DNA of 64,000 bases from a plasmid: sequence record CP060166.1. The stretch is one strand, 5' to 3'. Position numbers and translations under genes: made by a program. Under the pieces are notes generated by a model. It made no database searches, was not told the origin of the DNA, and worked only from the letters and a program-made list of their open reading frames with translations. Below are positions 51,676-61,969 of the stretch, piece by piece (within the stretch, counting starts at the first letter, position 1; each line of letters opens with the position of its first letter).

Positions 51676-52402
51676 GCCGTATAAGCCATTTTTACTGGCG
51701 GCCGGATGGTTATTTTCCGGTCTGGTGATGGCGTCGGGTTCCGGTACGCTGGCCCCGGTGGTGGTGTCCCTGGCTAACGGCGGTCAGGCGAACATTGCTG
51801 TCAGCAACACCGACCCGAACCTGTTTACGGTACCGGGTGACCGTATCACTGCGGTCAGCGGTCTGGACGGCATGCTGACAAACAGTGAGCAGACAGGCAC
51901 GGGCGGCGTGGTGGTGGCCACGGTCAGTAAAAAGCCGTTCACCTTCATTCTGGAGACGGAGCGCGGGCTGAACTTTTCCGTCCGGGCCGTCCCCCGGGCC
52001 GGTGCCGGACGCACCGTACAACTGGTCAGCGACCTGCGCGGAACCGGGGAGGAGGCTGGCGCATGGGAAACGGCCACCCCTTATGAATCCCTGCTGGTTG
52101 CCGTCAGCCAGGCAGTTCGTGGAGGCACGCTGCCTGCCGGCTGGTATCAGATCCCCGTCACGAAAGAAGCGCTGCAGGCCCCGGCCGGTCTGTCTGCACG
52201 GGCTGACGCTGTGTGGACCGGCAATCACCTGAAACTGGTACGGTTTGCTGTGGAAAATAAAATGCCGTCAGCCCTGAACATCAGGGAAAGTGATTTCTGG
52301 CAGCCCGGAACCCGCGCCGTGATGTTCAGCCAGCCCGTCAGCCAGATACTGGCCGGCGCACGAATGGACGTGTACGTCATCCGTGACGGGGAGGGCAACT
52401 GA
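51662..52402 (+). CDS. traK: TraK (246 aa, secretin-like/VirB9-like)
   Basis: Signal peptide. Position and size match TraK. Confidence 0.9.
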   Translation: MRKNKPYKPFLLAAGWLFSGLVMASGSGTLAPVVVSLANGGQANIAVSNTDPNLFTVPGDRITAVSGLDGMLTNSEQTGTGGVVVATVSKKPFTFILETERGLNFSVRAVPRAGAGRTVQLVSDLRGTGEEAGAWETATPYESLLVAVSQAVRGGTLPAGWYQIPVTKEALQAPAGLSARADAVWTGNHLKLVRFAVENKMPSALNIRESDFWQPGTRAVMFSQPVSQILAGARMDVYVIRDGEGN

Positions 52403-53823
52403 TGGCGAGCATCAATACGGTTGTAAAGCGTAAACAGTACATCTGGCTGGGGATTGTTGCGGTGGGGGCTGCCGCTGCCATTGGCGGAGGCCTTTACCTG
52501 TCTGACGTCGACATGAGTGGCAACGGGACGGCCGCAGAGCAGGAGCCGGTACCGGATATGACCGGGGTGGTGGACACGACCTTTGATGACAAAGTTCGTC
52601 AGCATGCCACCACGGAAATGCAGGTGACGGCGGCGCAGATGCAGAAACAGTACGACGAAATCCGCCATGAGCTGGATGTTCTGAATAAGCAGCGCGGTGA
52701 CGACCAGCGTCGTATTGAGAAGCTGGGGCAGGACAACGCCGCCCTGGCCGAACAGGTGAAGGCCCTGGGAGCGAACCCGGTGACGACCACAGGAGAGCCC
52801 GTGCCGCATACACCTGTCTCACCGCCCGGTCCGGAAGGAGAACCTCAGCCGGGTAATACGCCGATGACCTTCCCGCCACAGGGAGCCGTTCCTCCGCCAA
52901 CCGCTTTTTATCCGGGGAATGGCGTCACGCCTCCGCCACAGGTGACATACCAGTCCGTGCCGGTGCCGAACCGTATACAGCGTAAAACGTTCAGCTATGA
53001 CGCTGCCGCGAAGAAAGGTCCCTCCCTGCCGTATATCCCGTCCGGGAGTTTTGCAAAAACCATGCTGATCGAAGGAGCGGATGCCAATGCCTCCGTCACC
53101 GGTAATGAATCGACGGTCCCTATGCAGTTGCGCATTACCGGCCCGGTGGAGATGCCGAACAGTAAAACATATGACCTGACAGGGTGCTTTGTGGGTCTGG
53201 AAGCCTGGGGGGATGTGTCCAGTGAACGCGCGATAGTACGTACCCGTAATATCAGCTGCCTGAAGGACGGCAAAACCATCGACATGTCGGTTAAGGGACA
53301 TGTCAGCTTCCGTGGAAAGAACGGCATCAAGGGTGAAGTGGTGATGCGTAATGGCAAAATCCTCGGCTGGGCGTGGGGCGCCGGTTTTGTGGACGGTATC
53401 GGCCAGGGGATGGAGCGGGCATCCCAGCAGGCGGTGGGGCTGGGGGCCACTGCGACTTACGGCGCGGGCGATGTGTTCAGAATGGGGATTGGTGGTGGTG
53501 CATCGAAAGCGGCACAGACACTCAGTGATTATTACATCAAACGTGCCGAGCAGTATCACCCGGTGATCCCGATTGGTGCCGGTAATGAAGTGACCGTGGT
53601 GTTTCAGGACGGTTTTCAGCTGAAAACCGTGGAAGAAATGGCACAGGAGCAGGCCCGTCACCGGAAGGAGGATGAAAATGCGGAAAGCCCGGTGCCTATA
53701 CCTCCGTCAGTCGACAGCCATATGAACGGCTTTAACACCGACCAGATGCTGAAGCAGCTGGGTGACCTGAATCCACAGCAGTTTATGTCCGGCAGCCAGG
53801 GAGGACATGTAAATGGGAAATAA
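52402..53823 (+). CDS. traB: TraB (473 aa, VirB10-like)
   Basis: N-terminal TM, proline-rich region, C-terminal VirB10 domain. Confidence 0.9.
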   Translation: MASINTVVKRKQYIWLGIVAVGAAAAIGGGLYLSDVDMSGNGTAAEQEPVPDMTGVVDTTFDDKVRQHATTEMQVTAAQMQKQYDEIRHELDVLNKQRGDDQRRIEKLGQDNAALAEQVKALGANPVTTTGEPVPHTPVSPPGPEGEPQPGNTPMTFPPQGAVPPPTAFYPGNGVTPPPQVTYQSVPVPNRIQRKTFSYDAAAKKGPSLPYIPSGSFAKTMLIEGADANASVTGNESTVPMQLRITGPVEMPNSKTYDLTGCFVGLEAWGDVSSERAIVRTRNISCLKDGKTIDMSVKGHVSFRGKNGIKGEVVMRNGKILGWAWGAGFVDGIGQGMERASQQAVGLGATATYGAGDVFRMGIGGGASKAAQTLSDYYIKRAEQYHPVIPIGAGNEVTVVFQDGFQLKTVEEMAQEQARHRKEDENAESPVPIPPSVDSHMNGFNTDQMLKQLGDLNPQQFMSGSQGGHVNGK

Positions 53824-54409
53824 CCGGCTGAACAACCTGAAGGGACGTGCCGTTTTATATCGTATTGCCGGTCTTCTGCGCTGGCTGATATGGGGCGTGA
53901 AATATGCCGTTATCTGGCCGCTGGCCACAACAGCCATTGTTGTCATTCTGCTCTTCCGGACGGGGGATACCACGCCGGGACAACAGATGGCGCAGGAAAT
54001 CGGACGGGTGAGGGCAATGGCCCCGTCCGGGATGTTTCCGGTCCGGGACTGCCCTGACCCGGCTTTCACGGTGTCGTCACCTGTACCGCTGAATCTGACG
54101 GAAAACTGTCCGCTAAAAATAACCGGCGCGGAAGAATACGCGGCAGATATCGACCAGTCCCTGTCGCAAACGGGATGGCTGTTATGGGGGATGCTGGCGC
54201 TGTTGTATACCGCGGTGGCAGTAATGATCGGAGACCGGCCGTACCGTCACAATCCACTGACATATGCGTATGACACAGCGACAAACAACCTGAAGTATAT
54301 TGATAAAGAAAACGAAATCCGGACTTTAAAAGTAAATACAAACGGGCAGGTTTCTTATTCTGGTAATAAAGAGGCTAAAAAAGAGGGTGATAAAAATGAA
54401 CATACGTAA
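53813..54409 (+). CDS. traP: TraP (198 aa)
   Basis: Membrane protein after traB. Confidence 0.75.
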   Translation: MGNNRLNNLKGRAVLYRIAGLLRWLIWGVKYAVIWPLATTAIVVILLFRTGDTTPGQQMAQEIGRVRAMAPSGMFPVRDCPDPAFTVSSPVPLNLTENCPLKITGAEEYAADIDQSLSQTGWLLWGMLALLYTAVAVMIGDRPYRHNPLTYAYDTATNNLKYIDKENEIRTLKVNTNGQVSYSGNKEAKKEGDKNEHT

Positions 54410-54632
54410 TGTTATTTCAGTTCCTGATGAATCCGTGCAGGATGATTTTGTGAAATATGTTATCAGTAACTGCACTACAAAAATAATACTCTCCGGTCGC
54501 CGGGAATATAATTTCTCACGACAGGAATATAATTTTTCAGTTACCGGAATGCCTGGCGCAGGGAAAACATGTGTTCTGTCTGAATTAATCAAAAAGCTGC
54601 TGCGTGAGAATAAGAAAGGGGCGAAATCATGA
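54387..54632 (+). CDS. trbD: TrbD-like small protein (81 aa)
   Basis: Position between traP and traV. Confidence 0.5.
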   Translation: MIKMNIRNVISVPDESVQDDFVKYVISNCTTKIILSGRREYNFSRQEYNFSVTGMPGAGKTCVLSELIKKLLRENKKGAKS

Positions 54633-55144
54633 ACCGGATTTCATGCCTGATCCCTTTCTGTGGCGCGCTTCTGCTGTCCGGATGCGCCGGAACGAACTCC
54701 GACTTTGAATGTACCGCCACCACGTCAGACACCTGTATGACGATGGAGCAGGCCAATGAAAAAGCGAAAAGACAGGAGCAACCTGAGACGGTAAAGCCGG
54801 GTGCGGTATCACTGCCGCGCCTGGCTGAGGGTAACTTTCGCACGACGCCGGTACAGGTAGTCAGTACCGTCACTCTACCCGTCGCAAAGACCGTGGCCGC
54901 CCCGCGTTCCGGGCAGAAACCGCCGGCACCACACCCGCTGTTTACGGCTGCCCGGGAGGTGAAACCGGTGGCGGCTGTCAGTACGGTCTCTCCTGTGGTG
55001 CCGCCCCGTCCACTGAGAACCAGGGAGCAGACGGCGGCGTTATGGATAGCGCCCTATATTGACAGCCAGGATATTTACCATCAGCCGTCCGGCGTATTTT
55101 TTGTCATTAAACCGTCCGTGTGGGGAAAGCCACGGATTAATTAA
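54629..55144 (+). CDS. traV: TraV lipoprotein (171 aa)
   Basis: Lipobox LLSGC, proline-rich repeats. Confidence 0.85.
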   Translation: MNRISCLIPFCGALLLSGCAGTNSDFECTATTSDTCMTMEQANEKAKRQEQPETVKPGAVSLPRLAEGNFRTTPVQVVSTVTLPVAKTVAAPRSGQKPPAPHPLFTAAREVKPVAAVSTVSPVVPPRPLRTREQTAALWIAPYIDSQDIYHQPSGVFFVIKPSVWGKPRIN

Positions 55145-55278
55145 CTGACGCGTCAGTCAGATATCAGCCGGCAATGCCGGCCGGCTTTCTGTATTCAAAA
55201 CCTGCCTGTAAAACGAGTGCCCTGTGCGTGAAAAGGGACGGGCGGTAGCGTGTCAGAACGTGTCAGGAGACATATTCC

Positions 55279-55500
55279 ATGAGCGATGAAGCCGATGAGG
55301 CATATTCAGTGACAGAACAACTGACCGTGACGGGAATAAACCGGATACGGCAGAAAGTAAACCGTAAAGGTATTCCGGTTTACCGGTGTGAAGCATGCGG
55401 TAATCCCATTCCGGAGGCGCGGCGAAAAATATTTCCTGGCGTGACGTTGTGTGTCGAATGCCAGTCTTTTCTGGAAAAACAGGGCAGGCATTATGCATAA
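55279..55500 (+). CDS. traR: TraR (DksA-like C4 zinc finger, 73 aa)
   Basis: CEACGNPIPEARRKIFPGVTLCVECQ. Confidence 0.9.
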   Translation: MSDEADEAYSVTEQLTVTGINRIRQKVNRKGIPVYRCEACGNPIPEARRKIFPGVTLCVECQSFLEKQGRHYA

Positions 55501-55960
55501 ATCAGACGCTGAAAAAATGGAATCCATTATTGATAAACATGACCGGATATACCGACGACAGGTGCGGGTATTTAAAAACCTGGGCTTCCTCTCAATAATT
55601 ACCGCCGTACTGAGTGTGATTACTGCGTTATTCAGTACCTCCCTGCTCCTGAAATACACGCTGTGTGTCGTGATATGCGTTTGTCTGATTTATCTGGTTT
55701 TTATGTTCTTCTGCCTGGACAGGTATATCGCGCTCAGTCGTCAGACACTGCTGTGGCTGTTGCGCCGGGTGGAAGATACCGCAGACGTTCGCCGGGAGCT
55801 GCTCCGCCGCCTGCTGTCCGGGAAAACGCTGACCGGACGGGATGAAGACGACATCCTGCGTCTCTGGTGGGAGAGCAGTAATGAAGTGGAGGAGCTTGCA
55901 ACCCGTCAGCGTGAACAGGATGCCATCCGGAAGTTTGTCGGCGGGGATAAATCAGAATGA
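55493..55960 (+). CDS. hypothetical membrane protein (155 aa) between traR and traC
   Basis: Two TM segments (FLSIITAVLSVITALF, LCVVICVCLIYLVFMFFCL). The start overlaps the traR stop. Confidence 0.4.
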   Translation: MHKSDAEKMESIIDKHDRIYRRQVRVFKNLGFLSIITAVLSVITALFSTSLLLKYTLCVVICVCLIYLVFMFFCLDRYIALSRQTLLWLLRRVEDTADVRRELLRRLLSGKTLTGRDEDDILRLWWESSNEVEELATRQREQDAIRKFVGGDKSE

Positions 55961-56076
55961 AGGTTTATCTGCAGCGTTACGGCGTGGCCGGTTTTCTCCT
56001 GGTGTACTGGAGTCTTTCCTTTGTGAATGAATATTTCCTGCATAAGCATCCGCTTTCTGCTGAATCCTGGAAGTGA

Positions 56077-56340
56077 ATGAGATTACAGGCGCTGCTGGTA
56101 ACAGGCTCTATTGTGGTGACCGTGCTGCGGCTTTTTCTCCTGAACTCCGTGGTGCGCCGGGAGGCAACGGCCATCATGACCGGGGTCGCTGCAGGTCTTC
56201 ATGTTTTTGCTCTGCTGGCTCCTTCCGTCTGGTTGTTTTATCAGTGGCAGTGGAATGGACTGTTTCTTCTGCAGTGGCAGGGAGCAGTCTTCCTGTTCTG
56301 TCTGTTCGCGCTTCCCGTTTCAACATTCTGTTTTTCTTAA
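56077..56340 (+). CDS. hypothetical small membrane protein (87 aa); a 39-aa ORF (55960-56079) precedes it
   Basis: Hydrophobic ORFs immediately upstream of traC. Uncertain whether they are expressed. Confidence 0.3.
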   Translation: MRLQALLVTGSIVVTVLRLFLLNSVVRREATAIMTGVAAGLHVFALLAPSVWLFYQWQWNGLFLLQWQGAVFLFCLFALPVSTFCFS

Positions 56341-56355
56341 GGTTAAGGTGTTCGT

Positions 56356-59004
56356 GTGAAGAACCTGCTTGATACTGTCACTCAGGCGGCCAACTCGCTG
56401 CTGACCGCGCTGAAGCTGCCGGATGAATCGGCACAGGCCAATCAGATCCTCGGCGAGATGAGCTTCCCGCAGTTCAGCCGTCTGCTGCCGTACCGGGACT
56501 ATAACCAGGAGTCCGGCCTGTTCATGAATGACGCCACGATGGGCTTTATGCTGGAAGCCACGCCTGTCAACGGCGCTAACGAGACCATTGTGCTCTCCCT
56601 TGACCATCTGCTGCGTACCAAACTGCCGCGCGGGATACCCCTGTGTGTCCACCTGATGTCCAGCCAGCTGGTCGGGGAGCGTATTGAGTACGGGCTGCGG
56701 AAGTTCTCCTGGTCCGGTGAGCAGGCGGAGCGGTTCAACGCCATCACCCGCGCCTACTACATGAAAGCCGCAGAGACTCACTTTCCGTTACCGGAAGGAA
56801 TGAACCTGCCCCTGACCCTGCGCCATTACCGGGTGTTCATCTCATACTGCGCGCCCTCCAGAAAAAAAAGCCGGGCCGATATCCTGGAGATGGAAAACCT
56901 GGTGAAGATTATCCGGGCTTCCCTGCAGGGGGCATACATCAGCACACAGACCGTTGATGCGAAGGCATTTATTAATATTGTCGGGGAGATGATTAATCAC
57001 AATCCGGAATCCATCCATCCGACCCGGCGCCGGCTGGACCCGTATTCCGACCTGAATTACCAGTGCGTGGACGACTCCTTTGACCTGAAGGTCAGGCAGG
57101 ATTACCTGACGCTGGGACTGCGCGATAACGGGAAAAACAGCACCGCGCGCATCATGAGTTTTCATCTGGCCCGTAACCCGGAAATCGCCTTCCTGTGGAA
57201 CTCGGCGGATAATTACAGCAATCTGCTGAACCCGGAGCTGTCCATCTCCTGTCCGTTCATTCTGACGCTGACCCTGGTGGTGGAAGACCAGGTGAAGACC
57301 CACAGCGAAGCGAACCTGAAGTACATGGATCTGGAGAAGAAGTCGAAGACCTCCTACGCCAAATGGTTCCCGTCCGTGGAGAAGGAAGCGAAGGAGTGGG
57401 GAGACCTGCGCCAGCGCCTGGCGTCGAACCAGTCCTCGGTGGTGTCCTACTTTTTCAATATCACGGCGTTCTGCCGCGACAACAAGGAAACGGCGCTGGA
57501 AACGGAGCAGGATATCCTGAACAGTTTCCGTAAAAACGGTTTTGAGCTGATTTCGCCGCGCTTTAACCACATGCGTAATTTCCTGGCCTGCCTGCCCTTT
57601 ATGGCCGGGAAGGGACTGTTTAAGCAGCTGAAGGAAGCCGGTGTGGTGCAGCGGGCGGAGAGCTTCAATGTGACCAACCTGATGCCCCTGGTGGCGGATA
57701 ACCCGCTGACGCCCGCCGGGCTGCTGGCTCCGACCTACCGTAACCAGCTGGCCTTTATTGATATTTTCTTCCGGGGAATGAACAACACCAACTACAACAT
57801 GGCGGTCTGCGGAACTTCCGGGGCGGGCAAGACCGGGCTGATACAGCCGCTTATCCGCAGCGTGCTGGATTCCGGCGGCTTTGCAGTGGTGTTTGACATG
57901 GGGGACGGGTACAAGTCCCTGTGCGAAAATATGGGCGGGGTGTACCTGGACGGGGAGACCCTGCGTTTTAACCCCTTCGCCAATATCACCAATATTGACC
58001 AGTCGGCCGAACGTATCCGCGACCAGTTGTCGGTGATGGCCAGCCCCAACGGCAACCTTGACGAAGTCCATGAGGGCCTGTTGCTGCAGGCGGTCAGGGC
58101 AGCCTGGCTGACAAAAAAGAACCGGGCGCGTATTGATGACGTGGTGGATTTTCTGGAAAACGCCCGCACGAGCGAACAGTATGCGGAGTCACCCGGTATC
58201 CGCAGCCGCCTGGATGAAATGATTGTCCTGCTGAACCAGTACACGGCAGCAGGCACTTACGGCAGATACTTCAACTCCGATGAACCCTCCCTGCGCGATG
58301 ATGCCAGGATGGTGGTGCTGGAGCTGGGTGGCCTGGAAGACCGCCCGTCCCTGCTGGTTGCGGTGATGTTTTCCCTGATTATCTACATCGAAAACCGGAT
58401 GTACCGCACGCCGCGTAACCTCAAAAAGCTGAACGTGATCGACGAAGGCTGGCGTCTGCTGGACTTCAAAAACCGCAAGGTCGGGGACTTCATCGAAAAA
58501 GGCTACCGTACTGCCCGCCGTCACACCGGCGCGTATATCACCATCACGCAGAATATCGTCGACTTTGACTCCGACAAGGCGTCCAGCGCCGCCCGCGCGG
58601 CATGGGGTAACTCTTCCTACAAAATTATCCTCAAACAGAGCGCCAAAGAATTCGCGAAATACAACCAGCTGTATCCGGATCAGTTCCCGCAGCTACACCG
58701 GGAGATGATTGAGAAATTTGGCGCCGCGAAAGACCAGTGGTTCAGCTCGTTCCTGCTGCAGGTGGAAAACCATTCCTCCTGGCACCGTCTGTTTGTCGAC
58801 CCGCTCAGCCGCGCCATGTACAGCTCGGACGGTCCTGATTTTGAGTTTGTACAGCAGAAGCGGAAAGAGGGGCTGAGTATTCACGAGGCGGTCTGGCAGC
58901 TGGCGTGGAAAAAGTCAGGACCGGAGATGGCCTCGCTGGAGGCCTGGCTGCAGGAGCATGAGACATTCAGGGGAACTTATGAGTACAAAGCAGAAACAGA
59001 CTGA
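56356..59004 (+). CDS. traC: TraC (VirB4-family ATPase, 882 aa)
   Basis: Walker A GTSGAGKT, Walker B region VVLELG... Confidence 0.95.
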   Translation: MKNLLDTVTQAANSLLTALKLPDESAQANQILGEMSFPQFSRLLPYRDYNQESGLFMNDATMGFMLEATPVNGANETIVLSLDHLLRTKLPRGIPLCVHLMSSQLVGERIEYGLRKFSWSGEQAERFNAITRAYYMKAAETHFPLPEGMNLPLTLRHYRVFISYCAPSRKKSRADILEMENLVKIIRASLQGAYISTQTVDAKAFINIVGEMINHNPESIHPTRRRLDPYSDLNYQCVDDSFDLKVRQDYLTLGLRDNGKNSTARIMSFHLARNPEIAFLWNSADNYSNLLNPELSISCPFILTLTLVVEDQVKTHSEANLKYMDLEKKSKTSYAKWFPSVEKEAKEWGDLRQRLASNQSSVVSYFFNITAFCRDNKETALETEQDILNSFRKNGFELISPRFNHMRNFLACLPFMAGKGLFKQLKEAGVVQRAESFNVTNLMPLVADNPLTPAGLLAPTYRNQLAFIDIFFRGMNNTNYNMAVCGTSGAGKTGLIQPLIRSVLDSGGFAVVFDMGDGYKSLCENMGGVYLDGETLRFNPFANITNIDQSAERIRDQLSVMASPNGNLDEVHEGLLLQAVRAAWLTKKNRARIDDVVDFLENARTSEQYAESPGIRSRLDEMIVLLNQYTAAGTYGRYFNSDEPSLRDDARMVVLELGGLEDRPSLLVAVMFSLIIYIENRMYRTPRNLKKLNVIDEGWRLLDFKNRKVGDFIEKGYRTARRHTGAYITITQNIVDFDSDKASSAARAAWGNSSYKIILKQSAKEFAKYNQLYPDQFPQLHREMIEKFGAAKDQWFSSFLLQVENHSSWHRLFVDPLSRAMYSSDGPDFEFVQQKRKEGLSIHEAVWQLAWKKSGPEMASLEAWLQEHETFRGTYEYKAETD

Positions 59005-59365
59005 CGGCACGGGAGCGCGTAAGCGTGACGGGCTGTGGATGATACCGGGATGCCTGGGGATGGTGGTACTTAACGCCGCCATCAGTTACGGGATAGTCCG
59101 GCTGAACACGCCGGTGACGGTGGCATTCAACATGAAACAGACCGTGGATGCGTTTTTTGACAGCGCCGGCCAGAAAAAACTGACGGAAGCGCAGTCGAAA
59201 GCGTTGTCCGGGCGCTTTAATGCGGCCCTGGAGGCCAGCCTGCAGGCGTGGCAGCGGGAGCACCATGCCGTCATTCTGGTTTCACCGGCGGTGGTACAGG
59301 GCGCGCCGGATATCACCCGGGAGATCCAGCAGGATATTGCCCGGCGTATGAGGGCAGAGCCGTGA
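58979..59365 (+). CDS. trbI: TrbI (128 aa)
   Basis: MSTKQKQTDG... with one TM segment, after traC. Confidence 0.8.
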   Translation: MSTKQKQTDGTGARKRDGLWMIPGCLGMVVLNAAISYGIVRLNTPVTVAFNMKQTVDAFFDSAGQKKLTEAQSKALSGRFNAALEASLQAWQREHHAVILVSPAVVQGAPDITREIQQDIARRMRAEP

Positions 59366-59994
59366 AATGGCGGGGGCTGACAGCCCTGCTGATATGGGGG
59401 CAGAGCGTGGCGGCCGCAGACCTGGGCACCTGGGGCGATCTGTGGCCGGTGCAGGAGCCGGACATGCTGGCGGTGATTATGCACCGGCTGGAAGCCCTGC
59501 AGCAGTCCGGTGAGATGGGCCGCCGGATGGAGGCCTTTAAGGAGCGGGTGATCCACAACAGCCTGCGACCGCCTGCGGTGCCGGGTATCGGGCGCGCGGA
59601 GAAATACCGCAGCCGGCTGTTTGATCCGTCGGTCAGACTGGCGGCCGATATCCGGGATAACGAAGGACGGGTGTTTGCCCGTCAGGGGGAGGTGATGAAT
59701 CCGCTGCAGTATGTGCCCTTTAACCAGACGCTGTATTTCATTAACGGCGATGATCCGGAACAGGTGTCGTGGATGAAACGCCAGACGCCGCCGACGCTGG
59801 AGAGCAAAATTATTCTGGTGCAGGGCAGTATCCCTGAGATGGAGAAGGCGCTGGACAGCCGGATTTACTTTGACCAGAACGGGGTGCTGTGTCAGCGCCT
59901 CGGGATCGACCAGGTGCCGGCCAGGGTGACGGCCGCAAAAGACGGGCGTTTCCTGAAAGTGGAATTTATTCCGGCGGAGGACGGCAGAAAATGA
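59362..59994 (+). CDS. traW: TraW (~211 aa, GTG start overlapping the trbI stop)
   Basis: Signal peptide VKWRGLTALLIWGQSVAA. Position matches TraW. Confidence 0.8.
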   Translation: MKWRGLTALLIWGQSVAAADLGTWGDLWPVQEPDMLAVIMHRLEALQQSGEMGRRMEAFKERVIHNSLRPPAVPGIGRAEKYRSRLFDPSVRLAADIRDNEGRVFARQGEVMNPLQYVPFNQTLYFINGDDPEQVSWMKRQTPPTLESKIILVQGSIPEMEKALDSRIYFDQNGVLCQRLGIDQVPARVTAAKDGRFLKVEFIPAEDGRK

Positions 59995-60983
59995 AACGGT
60001 ATCTGTGGCTGTGTGTACTGATTCTGCTGGCCGGTCATGTCCCCACGGTATCGGCTGATGCGGCCTGTGAAAGTCGTTTTGTAAACCCGATCACGGATAT
60101 CTGCTGGAGCTGCATCTTTCCGCTGTCGCTGGGCAGTACAAAAGTGAGTCAGGGAAAGCTGCCGGATACGGCCAATCCCTCAATGCCGCTCCAGTTCTGT
60201 CCGGCGCCGCCGCCCATTTTTAAGCGTCCCGGACTGGCGATTGGCTACTGGGAGCCAATGGCGCTGACGGACGTCACCCGCTCTCCGGGCTGCATGGTGA
60301 ATCTGGGGTTCAGCCTGCCGGCCTTCGGGAAAACGGCACAGGGTACGGCGAAGAAGGAGGATAAACAGGTGAACGGGGCGTTCTACCACGTTCACTGGTA
60401 CAAATACCCGCTCACGTACTGGCTGAATATCATCACGTCGATGGGGTGTCTGGAGGGCGGTGACCTGGACATTGCGTACCTCTCCGAAATCGACCCCACG
60501 TGGACGGACAGCAGCCTGACCAGCATTCTCAATCCGGAAGCGGTAATTTTTGCCAATCCCATAGCCCAGGGGGCCTGCGCGGCAGATGCCATTGCCAGCA
60601 CCTTCAATAAACCGCTGGATGTCCTGTTCTGGTGTGCAGGCTCTCAGGGCTCCATGTATCCGTTTAACGGCTGGGTGAGTAACGAATCCAGTCCGCTGCA
60701 GTCCTCCCTGCTGGTCAGTGAGCGGATGGCCTTCAAACTGCACCGGCAGGGGCAAATTATGGAGACCATCGGGCAGAATACCGCCGTCTGCTTTGAATAT
60801 CCGTCGCCCATTCTCCCTAAAGAGCGCTGGCGTTATCAGATGGTGAACATGTATCCGGACAGCGGGCAGTGCCACCCGTTCGGGCGCAGTGTGATGCGCT
60901 GGGAAACCGGGAAAAATCCACCCAACACGAAGAAGAACTTTGGCTATCTGATGTGGCGTAAGCGCAACTGTGTATTTCTGTAA
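59991..60983 (+). CDS. traU: TraU (330 aa)
   Basis: MKRYLWLCVLILLAGHVPTVSADAACESRFVNPITDICWSCIFPLSLG... is conserved TraU. Confidence 0.9.
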   Translation: MKRYLWLCVLILLAGHVPTVSADAACESRFVNPITDICWSCIFPLSLGSTKVSQGKLPDTANPSMPLQFCPAPPPIFKRPGLAIGYWEPMALTDVTRSPGCMVNLGFSLPAFGKTAQGTAKKEDKQVNGAFYHVHWYKYPLTYWLNIITSMGCLEGGDLDIAYLSEIDPTWTDSSLTSILNPEAVIFANPIAQGACAADAIASTFNKPLDVLFWCAGSQGSMYPFNGWVSNESSPLQSSLLVSERMAFKLHRQGQIMETIGQNTAVCFEYPSPILPKERWRYQMVNMYPDSGQCHPFGRSVMRWETGKNPPNTKKNFGYLMWRKRNCVFL

Positions 60984-61294
60984 ACCGATACCGAAGAGAG
61001 GGTGTTTATGCGAATTATTTATAAGAGACAGCATTATCTGTCCGTTATCAGGTGGGGGGCGGTTGCTGTCGTGCAGGTCCTGAATGAGAGTGTAAAACTG
61101 TTTCCGTTTGCGCTGGTGATGTTTGCGCTGATGGCTTTTTATTTTCTTCCGGAACGCATCATCTCTGATGTTGTTAATTCGTGGATGGAAACAGACACGA
61201 CCGGAAAAATATCGCTCATCAGACTTTACCTGGAAGTGACATTTATGCTGTCCCTCGAGTCTTCTTCTCTTTTATTTATGTACCGGGGAAAGCG

Positions 61295-61933
61295 ATGCAC
61301 AGGAAAATAAAATACCTGGCCGGACTGATTATGGTCATAAGCGGGACGGTATCAGCCGGCGGAGTCGCTAATACCCCTGAAAACCGCCAGTTCCTGAAGC
61401 AGCAGGAGGAACTGAGCCGGCAGTTGCGCGACCGGCCTGATGCTGAACTGAAAGCGTGGGCAGACCGGCAGATTCAAGCGAATCCCCTGGTGCAGTCAGA
61501 CCGGCATTTCCTGGATGACCTTGCCCGAAAGCAGCAGACTTCTCAGGCGGATAAACCGGAGCAGGGCGCGGTGTACTTTATCTCGTTTTCCATTCCGGAA
61601 GAGGGGCTGAAGCGCATGCTGGGCGAAACCCGTCGCTACGGTATTCCGGCCACGCTGCGGGGAATGCGGGATAACGACCTGAAAGCCACGGCAGATGCCG
61701 TTCTGTCCCTGGTAAAGGATGGGGCAACAGATGGTGTGCAGATTGACCCGACGCTGTTCACGAAATATGACATCCGCAGCGTACCGACTCTGGTGGTGTA
61801 CTGCCGACAGGGATATGACGTTATCCGGGGCAATCTGCGGGTGAAGCAGGCGCTGGAGAAAGTGGTCACCGCCGGGGACTGCAGGCAGGTGGCTGCCGGA
61901 TTACTTGATGGTGCCGGAGATAAACCGCAATGA
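61295..61933 (+). CDS. trbC: TrbC (212 aa)
   Basis: MHRKIKYLAGLIMVISGTVSAGG... signal peptide. Position matches TrbC. Confidence 0.85.
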   Translation: MHRKIKYLAGLIMVISGTVSAGGVANTPENRQFLKQQEELSRQLRDRPDAELKAWADRQIQANPLVQSDRHFLDDLARKQQTSQADKPEQGAVYFISFSIPEEGLKRMLGETRRYGIPATLRGMRDNDLKATADAVLSLVKDGATDGVQIDPTLFTKYDIRSVPTLVVYCRQGYDVIRGNLRVKQALEKVVTAGDCRQVAAGLLDGAGDKPQ

Positions 61934-61969
61934 CATTCCCTGCGGAATAAACAGCAGGAAGGAGATGTT

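Noticed and set aside
52819-53661. 280-aa minus-strand ORF inside traB, plus 56842-58071 (409 aa) inside traC and 44505-45531 ORFs antisense to the ParB-like gene and psiB
   Set aside because: They are antisense to strongly supported conserved genes.
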